NCBI RefSeq assembly: GCF_963921235.1
Contig: NC_086108.1
Span: 37,450,001 to 37,514,000, forward strand
Source: Mobula hypostoma
Lineage: Eukaryota
Reading direction: 5' to 3'
DNA length: 64,000 nucleotides
Both the position numbers and the translations under genes were made by a program. Each line of letters starts with the position of its first letter. Within the stretch, counting starts at the first letter, position 1. The notes beneath the pieces are model-generated. The model did not search any database. It was not told the DNA's origin and saw only the letters and a program-made list of their open reading frames with translations. Shown here one piece after another: positions 11,076 through 22,431 of this stretch.

Positions 11076-12514
11076 ATCTTTTGGGTGGCACAAATTCAGT
11101 TATGAACATCTAATATCTATTTATGACAATCTATTACAGGCTCCTCTATGCTCATACACTAGCCTCACTAAAATTGTTAACTTCCAATTCTGGATTCAGT
11201 ATTTGCATCCTGCAAATTTGTTGTCTGAATTTTATTCAAATGTTCTTCAATGGCAATTATCATTTGTTATGCAGTTTAGACAAGTGGGGATAATGAGGTT
11301 ATTGCAATCAATGTCATCACACCGTCCTTTGGGAATAATCTTGAAGAGAAACAGTAAACTATTTTTCATCTGCTGATCAACCTTGAAAATCCACATAATT
11401 GTGTTTATAAATAAATTTGTAACGTGAGCCTACATTGCCATACTTGAGCTGCAAAACAGGTGAAGGCTATAAGGCTCCCTTAAGATCATTCTGTTTAGAT
11501 TAAGTTAGGTAAGAATTTAGGTTTATTCAAGATAGACAAGGTTACTGTTGAAAAAGAGCATTTCAATAAAATTCAGAAAACAGATGTAGAGGATACAAAA
11601 ATTAAATCTAGAAGTGCAATTTAGCAATTTTATTCAATTCAAATTTTCTTATTGATTCTCTGAATGTTGTTCAACCTCAGTTCATTGAAGGCTGAAACTT
11701 ATCAGTTTTGGGGTTTCGCTGCACTTGCTTCCCTGGTGCTGTTTAAAATCATGTAGCTGGCTCACAAAGCAAGCTATGCTGTTCATATCATCCTAACATC
11801 CCTGCCTCTGATTGACTACAGTGTCTGCCAGTGGATAGCTTGCTCTTGCCATGTAATCAACATGATATTCTGCATGGCAAGTTACTGGAAGAGGGAGATA
11901 GAAAGAGCACAACTGATGCTACGGAACATCTGTGTATTCTCTTGACCAATGAGCTAGTGGGACCATGAAATGGCAATATATTCTTTGTCAGGGAACTGTG
12001 AGGAAAATTCAATGCCAAATGAATTACTGAATGAAGTAGAGAAACATGAACGTTTATGAAAAAGGAGAAATAAAATGGCCCTCTGTAAAAAACCACACTG
12101 GAAGACTGAAGGAATGATACAGCAGACTTGTATTATCTAATTTTCAGTGCAAGAGAGGTTGACGGGCAGTAATTAAGATATATTATGTTGCCAAAATGCA
12201 TTTAGATATGAAATTACTTCATTTAACTTTGTATGGAAAGCTTATTTTATATTTGACACAGAAATACAGAAGCTCATGCTGCAAAACGTATTTGAAATTG
12301 AAGCAAGAGTACGAAACGTTGGCTTCTCAAAGCTAAAGACAGAATGGTGCATTTCCACTAGCAACATCCCAGTCCCCGCATTTTTCTGCTCTATCACTAA
12401 TATACAGTATAAATAATTGTCAACACCTAGACACACTGACACTTTAATAGCAAATTTTGCAGTTTTATAACAACCACTAACCATCTTTCAAGAAAGTTAG
12501 CATATAAGAAACAA

Positions 12515-13069
12515 CTATTTCCTGAGGAGACTGAGGTCCTTTAACATCTGCCGGACGACGCTGAGGATGTTCTATGAGTCTATGGTGGCCAGTGCTATCA
12601 TGTTTGCTGTTGTGTGCTGGGGCAGCAGGCTGAGGGTAGCAGACACCAACAGAATCAACAAACTCATTCGTAAGGCCAGTGATGTTGTGGGGATGGAACT
12701 GGACTCTCTCACGGTGGTGTCTGAAAAGAGGATGCTGTCTAAGTTGCATGCCATCTTGGACAATGTCTCCCATCCACTACATAATGTACTGGGTGGGCAC
12801 AGGAGTACATTCAGCCAGAGACTCATTCCACTGAGACGCAACACAGAGCGTCATAGGAAGTCATTCCTGCCTGTGGCCATCAAACTTTACAACTCCTCCC
12901 TTGGAGGGTCAGACACCCTGAGCCAATAGGCTGGTCCTGGACTTATTTCATAATTCACTGGCATAAATTACATATTACTATTTAACTATTTATGGTTTTA
13001 TTACTATTTACTATTTATGGTGCAACTGTAACGAAAACCAATTTCCCCCGAGATCAATAAAGTATGACT
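12515..13069 (+). mobile_element. Rex1/Babar-type LINE, 5'-truncated 3' end (copy 1)
   Basis: YFLRRLRSFN..MFYESMVASAIMFAVVCWG..HPLH..RKSFLPVAIKLYN (RT C-terminal extension), then AATAAA and a (tatgac) tail. Confidence 0.9.
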
Positions 13070-14391
13070 GTAGGTAATGAATATTTTTAGATTAAACAAT
13101 ACAGTGTCTTAAACTTGAATGCAACTTGCACTGATCTTAATTTTAATAAGCTCTCCTCAAGGCAAGCTATATTTTCTATTGGACAGATTTATCACCTAAT
13201 ATCCTATTTAGTCTAATTGATATTTTTGTGTCTTATTTGATTGTGATGTAGTTTCCATAACTAATTCCAAAAGAGATTATTTGTATAATGATTGTTTTCT
13301 TGTAATTTCAAATTCATCAATGACATCTACCTTAAGTGAGCACTGGTAAGGAAATAACATCGGTTCAATGGTACATTTGCCTATTCTACATCCAAGCACC
13401 CTTCTCTCTCTGGCTAAGTTGAGCTCTTTCATAGTCTATTGATTACTTTACACTGCGATGAATAATGAACAACCTATTCAATTATTGCATAACTTCTTAG
13501 TTCAACTTTCTTCAGTTAATATTTAAGGTTCCACACACAACCTTGCCTCCTTTCCTTTTCTTGGATTATTTAGTTTAATGAATGGGAATGACTTCTTTTT
13601 CTTACAATATGTAATGAAACTATGAATAAATCAAGTCATTTCTACTGTAATTCTAAACATGCTACTTTTGAAATGATACTATTACCTCACTAGAAGTACA
13701 GACCACAATAATGCTTCCTCTATTTACCTATGCCAATATTTGATATTCGAAGAACAGAAACTCATCCCACATATTAGATAACAATGTGACCTTTCCAGGC
13801 AGGATTAAATTACTGCTTCGACTAAAAATGTTTTTTTTACATATTTAAATCAAACGTATCTGGGAAATGAGATAGCATTCTTATAAACCACACATTGTTG
13901 ATAAAGGAAGCAATGTATAGCTCAAAAAAGAATAATTGGTTCTTCTGTGCATTGAAAGATATGTATGAGAAAAGTGGGTTTCTGCATAATATTCTAACAG
14001 ACAATACAAAAAGATCCCAAAGATTTGTTTTTTGAAGAGCATTTGAATTATGTATATTGCCTTTAAAACAGGTGGAGTTTTTTTTAATAAAATTGAAGTT
14101 CTAATAATTCCAAATGATAAATTGTGTGAATTATAGAACAAGAAATATCCCAAGAATTTCAGAACTCTTATCAGTTTGTAAGAAAGGTACCAAAGCATTA
14201 CCAAAAAAAATGTCTCTGTTTAGAATGATGGTGAGTGAGAAGACTCTTACAATCTCAAGGGAACACCACTTTAAATTGCTTTACAATCAATTATTGTCCT
14301 GACGTATATCGCTATGGTGCAATTTTTTTCTATGCTCTCTAAACAGTAAATATACAAAGTATTATTCATAAAAGTGATCAATGCCGTAAAT

Positions 14392-14762
14392 TCCGTTATT
14401 TATTTTTATACACACATTGTTTCTCTCACTCTCCTTTTTCTCCCTCTGTCCCTCTGACTATACCCCTTGCCCATCCTCTGGTTCCCCCGCGCGCCACCCC
14501 CCCCTGTCTTTCTCCCCGGACCTCTTGTCCCATGATCCTCTCATATCCCTTTTGCCAATCACCTGTCCAGCTCTTGGCTCCATCCCTCCCCCTCCTGTCT
14601 TCTCCTATCATTTTGGATCTCCCCCTCCCCCTCCCACTTTCAAATCTCTTACTAGCTCTTCCTTCAGTTAGTCCTGACGAAGGGTCTCGGCCTGAAACGT
14701 CGACTGTACCTCTTCCTAGAGATGCTGCCTGGCCTGCTGCGTTCACCAGCAGCTTTGATGTG
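14392..14762 (+). mobile_element. Young non-coding Penelope pLTR insertion with 13-bp TSD
   Basis: CAATGCCGTAAAT at 14379-14391 and 14763-14775. Insert is a pyrimidine tract, hammerhead motif and gatgctgcctggcctgctgcgttcaccagca, homologous to the 3' ends of the coding PLE copies. Confidence 0.92.
14669..14706 (+). ncRNA. Minimal type I hammerhead ribozyme motif with intact catalytic core
   Basis: UAGUC (stem I)-CUGACGA-AGG[gucucgg]CCU (stem II)-GAAA-C-GUC^-GACUG (stem I'). Stem III is the loopless palindrome ACGU. Predicted cleavage after C14701. Confidence 0.8.
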
Positions 14763-15727
14763 CAATGCCGTAAATGATGTGTGCAGCTGAAGTCCTTAAT
14801 TGAACAAAACAGTTTCATCTCCAGTATTAAATGATCCAAAATGTATCGTACTGAAGATGACATGACAATATTGTGAGCAGATTGTTTGCCTTAAATGATT
14901 CAGGTGGTTGAATTTTAGACAATATCACGAAAGAAAAATACAATATCTCTTCAGTATTGCTTCTGATGTTTGTCTATTTCCATAGTGTTCACCAGCACTG
15001 CACGGAACTTTCATTTTAGGATAGCCAGATAAAAGAACATTTTTACTGCCCATTTGTTCTTGTTTTATAACAGAAAATTAAAAAAGGTTCAGATATCCTT
15101 TAACAGAACAACATTGAATGTATTAAAGCTTTTCATCTTTTACTTGAATTCAGATTCCTAACACATTTAAAAGGTACCAGTCACCTATCTAATTAAAGAA
15201 AGTGCAACCTTGTTCACACTTTTTCTCTATTGATTAACTGGTAGTAGAGTCTTTAGAAAGTAACACTGTTAAGGAAAAAATTCTTTAACATAATTATGAC
15301 TAGTCTGCTTTTTCATTTTTATTTATTATAAAACTTATACATTTTTATATCGATTCAATGCAATGCAACTTAGATCCTGAAATTCTTATTTGAATTTAGC
15401 ACGAGTGAACTGTTAGTGAAATTCAGCATAAAATATAGAAATGAGTATCTGGCCTATAGTATTAGTTTATATCTCATTCAACTGGCATCAACAATATGAT
15501 GAAACACATATTGATGTGATATGGAGATCACTCCCTAATCTGGAGTGCAAAGGAGAAATATGCTGGAGATACTCATCAGGTTAGGCCTCAGAGAGGCTTA
15601 GCTTTCAAGTCTGTGGTGCAAGGCACTAGTCTTGTAATATTTCTTTAAGATGGAGTACAGGAAAAGAAACACACCTAATTCTTTCAATTAAAGCCATCAA
15701 CATTGTCTTCTCATAAACTGCACGCTT

Positions 15728-17097
15728 CTTTAGCTGCCACGCTCACAACACGCTGGAGGAACTCAGCAGGTCGGGCAGCATCCATGGAAAAGATCGGTCG
15801 ACGTTTCGGGCCGGAACTCTTTGTCAGGACTGAAGAGGGAAGGGGCAGAGGCCCTATAAAGAAGGTGAGGGGAGGGTGGGAAGGAGAAGGCTGGTGGGTT
15901 CCAGGTGAAAAACCAGTAAGGGGAAAGATAAAGGGGTGGGGGAGAGGAAGCAGGGAGGTGATAGGCAGGAAAGGTGAAGAAAGAATAGGGGAAAACACAA
16001 TGGGTAGTAGAAGGAGGCGGAACCAAGAGGGAGGTGGTAGGCAGCTGGGGGAGGGGGCAGAGTGACATAGGGATAGGGGAAGGGAGAGGGAGGGAATTAC
16101 CGAAAGTTGGAGAATTCTATGTTCATACCAGGGGGCTGGAGACTACCGAGACGGTATATGAGGTGTTGCTCCTCCAACCTGAGTTTAGCCTCATCATGGC
16201 AGTAGAGGAGGCCATGTATGGACATATCTGAATGGGAACAGGAAGCAGAGTTGAAGTGGGTGGCTACCGGGAGATCCTGTCTGTTTTGGCGGTGCTCGAC
16301 GAAGCGGTCCCCCAATCTGCGTCGGGTTTCACCGATGTAGAGGAGGCCGCACCAGGAGAACTGGATGCAATAAATGACCCCAACAGACTCACAAGTGAAG
16401 TGTTGCCTCACCTGGAAGGACTGTTTGGGGTCCTGAATGGTAGTGAGGGAGGAACTGTACGGGCAGGTGTAGCACTTGTTCTGCTTGCAAGGTTAAGTGC
16501 CAGGAGGAAGATTAGTGGGGAGGGATGAATGGACAAGGAAGTCGTGTAGGGAGTGATCCCTGTGGAAACTGTGAAGTTGGCTGGAGGAAAAGTTGTTCTT
16601 TTTGGAGATGGTGGAAGTTACAGAGAATTATGTGCTGCATGCGGAGGCCGGAGGGGTGGTAGGAGAGGACAAGAGAAACCTGTCTTTGAGGTGGCAGTGG
16701 GAGGATGTGTGCGAAATGGAAAAGATGAGGGTGAGGACGGCGTTGATGGTAGAGGAAGGGAAGCCCCTTTCTTTGAAGATGGAGGACATCTCAATTGCTC
16801 TGGAATGAAAAGCCTCATCCTGAGAACAGACCTGAGCGAAGGGGCTGGCACTTTTACAAGTGACAGGGTGGGAAGAAGAATAGTCGAGATAGCTGTGAGA
16901 GTCAGTGGGTTTATAAAAGATATCAGTAGACAGATTGTCTCCAGAGATTGAGACAAAGAGATTGTGAAAGGGGAGAGGGGTGTCAGGAAATGGACCAAGT
17001 AAATTTGAGGACAGGGTGGAAGTTAGAAACAAAGTTAATGAAATTGTAGAGGGTGCAGGATTTCCAGGATTTTCAGCATCTGCGGATTTTCTCGTGA
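15728..17097 (-). mobile_element. Penelope-like element, 5'-truncated (RT C-terminus, GIY-YIG, pLTR) with inverted pLTR tip at the 5' end
   Basis: ORF 16628..17032 DIFYKPTDSHSYLDYSSSHP. ORF 16097..16411 VIYCI..LYIGETRRRLGDRFVEH..PVATHF..EEQHLI..LQPPGMN. Hammerhead variant at 15795-15832. 17068-17097 is a plus-strand pLTR terminus. Confidence 0.92.
16097..16411 (-). pseudogene. GIY-YIG endonuclease domain of a Penelope-like element
   Basis: GVIY..YIGET..R..EH, HF, E and N motifs of PLE GIY-YIG domains. Confidence 0.88.
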
Positions 17098-17104
17098 GCA
17101 GATA

Positions 17105-17750
17105 GTTTATGAATCTTTATTAATAGGGAGTTTGAAATAGAGTAAAGAAATCTTGCTACAGGCACACTGTGCCTTCGGTGAACACACTGGAGTACTGTCT
17201 GCTTGCCTTAGAAAATATGTCCTTGCCATTAGAACAGGGTTTCCCAACTTGGGGTCCATGGACCCCTTGGTTAATCGTAGAGGTAAATGGCACAAATAAG
17301 TTTGGGAACCCCTGCATTAGAGGGATAGCAGTAAAGATTCATTATATTATTTCTAGACATGCATGTTTATCGTGTGCAGATGAACTGATTGGATGAAGAG
17401 TGCATTCCATAGGGCTTCACGAGCTAAATGCAAGAAATATGTTTCCTCTGGCTGAGTACTCTGGAACTAAGGAGCACAGTCTTAGGATAAAGGCAAGATA
17501 TTTATTACTGAGGTAAGAGAAATTAAATGGTGATGAATCATTGGAATTTGCCACATTGGAGGGCTTTGGAGGCTCAGTTATAGAATTCATTCAAAATGAA
17601 GATCAGTAGGTATCTGGATATTAATGGAATCAAGAAATATGGGGATAGTGCAGGAAATGATTTAGAGGTAGATCAATTATGATTTTGAGGAATGATGGGG
17701 CAGACTCAAAAGGTCAGATACTCCCATCCCCGCTTTTTATGCTCTTAAGG
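17105..17750 (+). mobile_element. Old CR1 3' fragment
   Basis: Remnant NTLEYC and 3' UTR similar to other CR1 copies in the window. Confidence 0.7.
17235..17314. mobile_element. 80-bp hAT-type MITE
   Basis: Termini CAGGGTTTCCCAA / TTGGGAACCCCTG, with an 8-bp TSD cattagaa (17227-17234) / cattagag (17315-17322). Confidence 0.85.
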
Positions 17751-18539
17751 AAAAAAGTGGTGGTGAATAATGTTTAATGCTCTGGCTCCAACTCAGCAAC
17801 CTGTCAGAGGGAACCAAATGTCTTATTTCCAAGTTTCTTTAGTCTGTCTGTGTGAGGTGTTTCCATAGTGTTGTTAGGGTGAGGGTTCTTCACCTTTGTA
17901 GCCACGATCTATTTCCAAGTCAGAATTGTGTCTGACTTGGACAGGAAATGGCAGTCAGGAATGTTCCCATGCCTTCCGTTGTCATTCCTGATAGTAGAAA
18001 GTTTAGGTCTGTGAGATGCTGCTGAAGAATGAATAATGAGTTGCTGATGGTATGCAGCCCCCTTGCACGTATGGTCAACTGGTGATAGATAGCATCAATG
18101 TCTCAAGTGAATGAAGTGCGCGGTGCTAATCAAGCAAGCTGCTCTGCCTTGGATGATATTTAAATTCCTATGCATTGTATATGTGGATGGCAGCCGGCTC
18201 TTTGGGAGTCAGGAAATGAATCAATCACTGCAGGATACAAACCCTACAACCTGCTCTTGCAGCCAAAGCATCTCTATGGCTGTTTATGGTTCAGTAGATG
18301 GTAAGTGCCAGGATATCGATGTTGAATGTCAAATTTCATGGGTTATATGTTGATGTATAAGCCTAGGGCACTGTTACAAGATATTCCCTTACGAACGTCC
18401 TAGGGCTGAGGTGCATGATTTTCATCCACAACCATCTTCCTTTACGTTATTATTATTCCACCCAGTGGAGATCTTTCCATGATTTGTACTGACTTTAACA
18501 CTGACCAGGGCTCTTTCATGCCATGTGATCAAATATTAA

Positions 18540-18860
18540 CATGGTGCAGTTATTAGAGCTGCTGTCTCACCCTGTGCTTCACAGTTTCATTCCTGACCCC
18601 CTGTGCAGTCAGTGCAGAGTTTTGTACATTCTACCTGTAATGGTGTGGATTTCCCTGTGTCCTGCATTCCGTGTGGGTTCGTAGGTTAACTGCCCACTGC
18701 AGGTTGCCTTGGTGCATAGCTGACCTGATAGAACCTGGGAGGTGAGTGGTGGTGGTGGGTGTTTGAATCCGATAGGAATATTGGGAAGAATGGGATTAGA
18801 GTAAATTGGTGCTTGATAAATTGGGTAGATGAGACTGTTTCCATATTGCATTATTCTTTG
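18540..18860 (+). mobile_element. V-type SINE, decayed
   Basis: tggtgcagtt head, then gtggatttccct..gtgtcc and taggttaact; similar to 42545-42870. Confidence 0.6.
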
Positions 18861-19123
18861 ATGAATGTCAATGTGATCACTCTCAATTCACCTCTAGAAC
18901 TTAACTCCTTGGTCTACTCTAAGATTATGAAGTAAACTGGAGCCAAGTTTTCCCAGTGTAACTCAAAGTTATTGATAATCTGGTGCTCTTTATACATTAT
19001 TTTGGATTGGTAGGAGGTAAAGATCGGGAGCCTTTTCTGGTTGGCTGCTGGTGACGAGTAGTATTTCACAGAGGTCTGTATTGGGCCCGCATCTTATTAT
19101 GTTATATGTCAATGCCTTAAATG

Positions 19124-20252
19124 TGTCATGGTCCGGTCCGTGGACTCCAGACTCCAGTCTTCCGGCTGTCCCTTGTTTTAGTTGGACTTAATCATAGGCA
19201 CCTGATGCTCGTCCTGAGGCTGGGAATATAAGTGGCCCTGGGATCGAGTGTGGGTGCTGGTTTGTGTGGTCAGTATCCCCTTAGAGCAACCTGCTGGTGA
19301 AAGACTAGAGCAGCTATTTGTGATCTCTAGGCCTAGTGGGAGGACCACTGCTTCATGGAGCTGTGTTGTCTCTAGTTGGAGCAGTCATTGTAGTATGGAT
19401 TTGGCTGTTTCTGGGGCCAGCTGAGCGGCTATCTGCCACTCTGAGCTGGATATGGATTCCACTGTTTCCGTAGCCAGCCAAGGTTGCTGGCTTCTCCGAG
19501 ACTTGGAGCCACCCTGGATTGAGCTCCCTTCCTGTCCTTGCCTCTGTGGGGTAAATCAGGCTGTCCTTGCTGTTACCCTGTGGTTGGATCAGTCCCTTCC
19601 TGTACTCGCCTCTGTTGGGTAAGCCAGGCCATCTTTGCTGTTATGCTGAGGCTGGACTGTTCCCTTCCCTTCTCCATCTGAATCCCTGACAGTTTCCTCA
19701 GCTGTTTACCTCGGCAGGATGATCCCGCATCCTAGTAAGCATTCTGACCTGGCATCCAAGGAAGGGGCCTGGCCCTACATCCTAGAAAGGGTCCTGGCCC
19801 TGTATTCTAAGAAGGAGTACCTTTTCCTGCCCAGGAAAGCCTCGAAGAACTCAAGCCTGGCCTAGTCCTGTAGCTATGTCTTGTCTTCGCCTAGTTCCGG
19901 AGTCCGAGCCCGAGTCAAGACCCAGATTCTGGGTCCTTGCCCAGTCTCTGACTTGGAGTCCTGTAGCCAAGCCTCGCCTAGTCCTGTAGCCACATCATGT
20001 CCTTGCCCAGTTTTGGGGCCCGAGCCCAAGTCACGGTCCTTGTCCAGTCTCTGGAGTCCAAACCCAGGCTCCTAGTTCCCAGTTCCTTGTCCTTGTCCCG
20101 CTTTCCCAGCCAAAGTCCTAGCCCAAGTCTGTGTTCCTGTCCCAGCTCCTAATTTGTGTTCAGTCTCGTCCCTAACTCTAGTCCAGTCCTGTTCCCAGTA
20201 TTTGTGTCTGTGTCTTGCAGTTGGGTCCACTCCCAGCGCCCCCCTTATGACA
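19124..20252 (+). mobile_element. Solo LTR (about 1.13 kb), probably Gypsy-type
   Basis: TGTCAT...ATGACA termini, 5-bp TSD aaatg/gaatg (one mismatch), TATA-like aatataag near 19226, internal short tandem repeats and no coding capacity. Confidence 0.85.
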
Positions 20253-20354
20253 GAATGATGGATTTGATGACTTTGTTGCAAAGTTTGTGGTTGTTACAAA
20301 GCTAAGTAGAGGGGTAGGTAGGTTTGAAGAAGTAGAGAGGCTACAGAAGGACTT

Positions 20355-22431
20355 AACATAGAAACATAGAAAATAGGTGCAGGAGTAGGCCATTCGGCCC
20401 TTCGAGCCTGCACCGCCATTTATTATGATCATGGCTGATCATCCAACTCAGAACCCCGCCCCAGCCTTCCCTCCATACCCCCTGATCCCCGTAGCCACAA
20501 GGGCCATATCTAACTCCCTCTTAAATATAGCCAATGAGCTGGCCTCAACTGTTTCCTGTGGCAGAGAAATCCACAGATTCACCACTCTCTGTGTGAAGAA
20601 GTTTTTCCTAATCTCGGTCCTAAAAGGCTTCCCCTCTATCCTCAAACTGTGGCCCCTCGTTCTGGACTTCCCCAACATCGGGAACTATCTTCCTGCATCT
20701 AACCTGTCCAATCCCTTTAGGATCTTATACGTTTCAATCAGATCCCCCCTCAATCTTCTAAATTCCAATGAGTACAAGCCCGGTTCATCCAGTCTTTCTT
20801 CATATGAAAGTCCCGCCATCCCAGGAATCAATCTGGTGAACCTTCTTTGTACTCCCTCTATAGCAAAGATGTCTTTCCTCAGATTAGGGGACCAAAACTG
20901 CACACAATACTCCAGGTGTGGTCTCACCAAGGCCTTGTACAACTGCAGTAGTACGTCCCTGCTCCTGTACTCGAATCCTCTCGCTATAAATGCCAGCATA
21001 CCATTCGCCTTTTTCACCGCCTGCTGTACCTGCATGCCCACTTTCAATGACTGGTGTATAATGACACCCAGGTCTCGTTGCACCTCCCCTTTTCCTAATC
21101 GGCCACCATTCAGATAATAATCTGTTTTCCTATTTTTGCCACCAAAGTGGATAACTTCACATTTATCCACATTAAATTGCATCTGCCATGAATTTGCCCA
21201 CTCACCCAACCTATCCAAGTCACCCTGCATCCTCTTAGCATCCTCCTCACAGCTAACACTGCCACCCAGCTTCGTGTCATCCGCAAACTTGGAGATGCTG
21301 CATTTAATTCCCTCATCCAAGTCATTAATATATATTGTAAACAACTGGGGTCCCAGCACTGAGCCTTGCGGTACCCCACTAGTCACCGCCTGCCATTCTG
21401 AAAAGGTCCCGTTTATTCCCACTCTTTGCTTCCTGTCTGCTAACCAATTCTCCACCCACACCAATACCTTACCCCCAATACCGTGTGCTTTAAGTTTGCA
21501 CACTAATCTCCTGTGTGGGACCTTGTCAAAAGCCTTTTGAAAATCCAAATATACCACATCCACTGGTTCTCCCCTATCCACTTTACTAGTTACATCCTCA
21601 AAAAATTCTATGAGATTCGTCAGACATGATTTTCCTTTCACAAATCCATGCTGACTTTGTCCGATCATTTCACCGCTTTCCAAATGTACTGTTATCACAT
21701 CCTTGATAACTGACTCCAGCAGTTTCCCCACCACCGACGTTAGGCTAACAGGTCTATAATTCCCCAGTTTCTCTCTCCCTCCTTTTTTAAAAAGTGGGGT
21801 TACATTAGCCACCCTCCAATCCTCAGGAACTAGTCCAGAATCTAACGAGTTTTGAAAAATTATCACTAATGCATCCACTATTTCTTGGGCTACTTCCTTA
21901 AGCACTCTAGGATGCAGACTATCTGCCCTGGGGATTTATCCGCCTTCAATCCCTTCAATTTACCTAACACCACATCCCTACTAACATGTATTTCGCTCAG
22001 TTCCTCTATCTCACTGGACCCTCTGTCCCCCACTATTTCTGGAAGATTATTTATGTCCTCCCTAGTGAAGACAGAACCAAAGTAATTATTCAATTGGTCT
22101 GCCATGTCCTTGATCCCCATAATCAATTCACCTGTTTCTGTCTGCAGGGGACCTACATTTGTCTTTACCAGTCTTTTCCTTTTTACATATCTATAAAAGC
22201 TTTTACAGTCCGTTTTTATGTTCCCTGCCAGTTTTCTCTCATAATCTTTTTTCCCCTTCCTAATTAAGCCCTTTGTCCTCCTCTGATGAACTCTGAATTT
22301 CTCCCAGTCCTCAGGTGAGCCACTTTCTCTGGCTAATTTGTATGCTTCTTCTTTGGAATTGATACTATCCCTAATTTCTCTTGTCAGCCACGGGTGCACT
22401 ACCTTCCTTGATTTATTCTTTTGCCAAACTG
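20355..22431 (-). mobile_element. Young 5'-truncated CR1 LINE inserted antisense into a CR1
   Basis: TSD GGACTT at 20349-20354 and 22432-22437, ttctatgt tail at about 20356-20371, and long RT ORFs. Confidence 0.95.
20685..21905 (-). pseudogene. CR1 ORF2 reverse transcriptase domain (406-aa open stretch; upstream frameshift at about 21930, premature stop at 20685)
   Basis: NYRPVSLTS, QHGF, YLDFQKAFDKV, GVPQGSVLGP, FADD and LVRPHLEYC. Continues in ORFs 21890..22399 and 20448..20678. Confidence 0.95.

Noticed and set aside
13881..14204. 107-aa hydrophobic ORF
   Set aside because: AT-rich chance ORF with no recognisable motif or splice context.
14417..16231. Pro/Ser- and Gly/Arg-rich ORFs (14417..14671, 14426..14863, 15703..16065 and others)
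   Set aside because: Artefacts of the stop-poor purine/pyrimidine tract of the pLTR.
20425..21540. Plus-strand ORFs of 230 aa and 134 aa as host genes
   Set aside because: They are antisense shadows of the CR1 RT frame. The same shadow peptides recur opposite other CR1 copies (e.g. 38726..39199).
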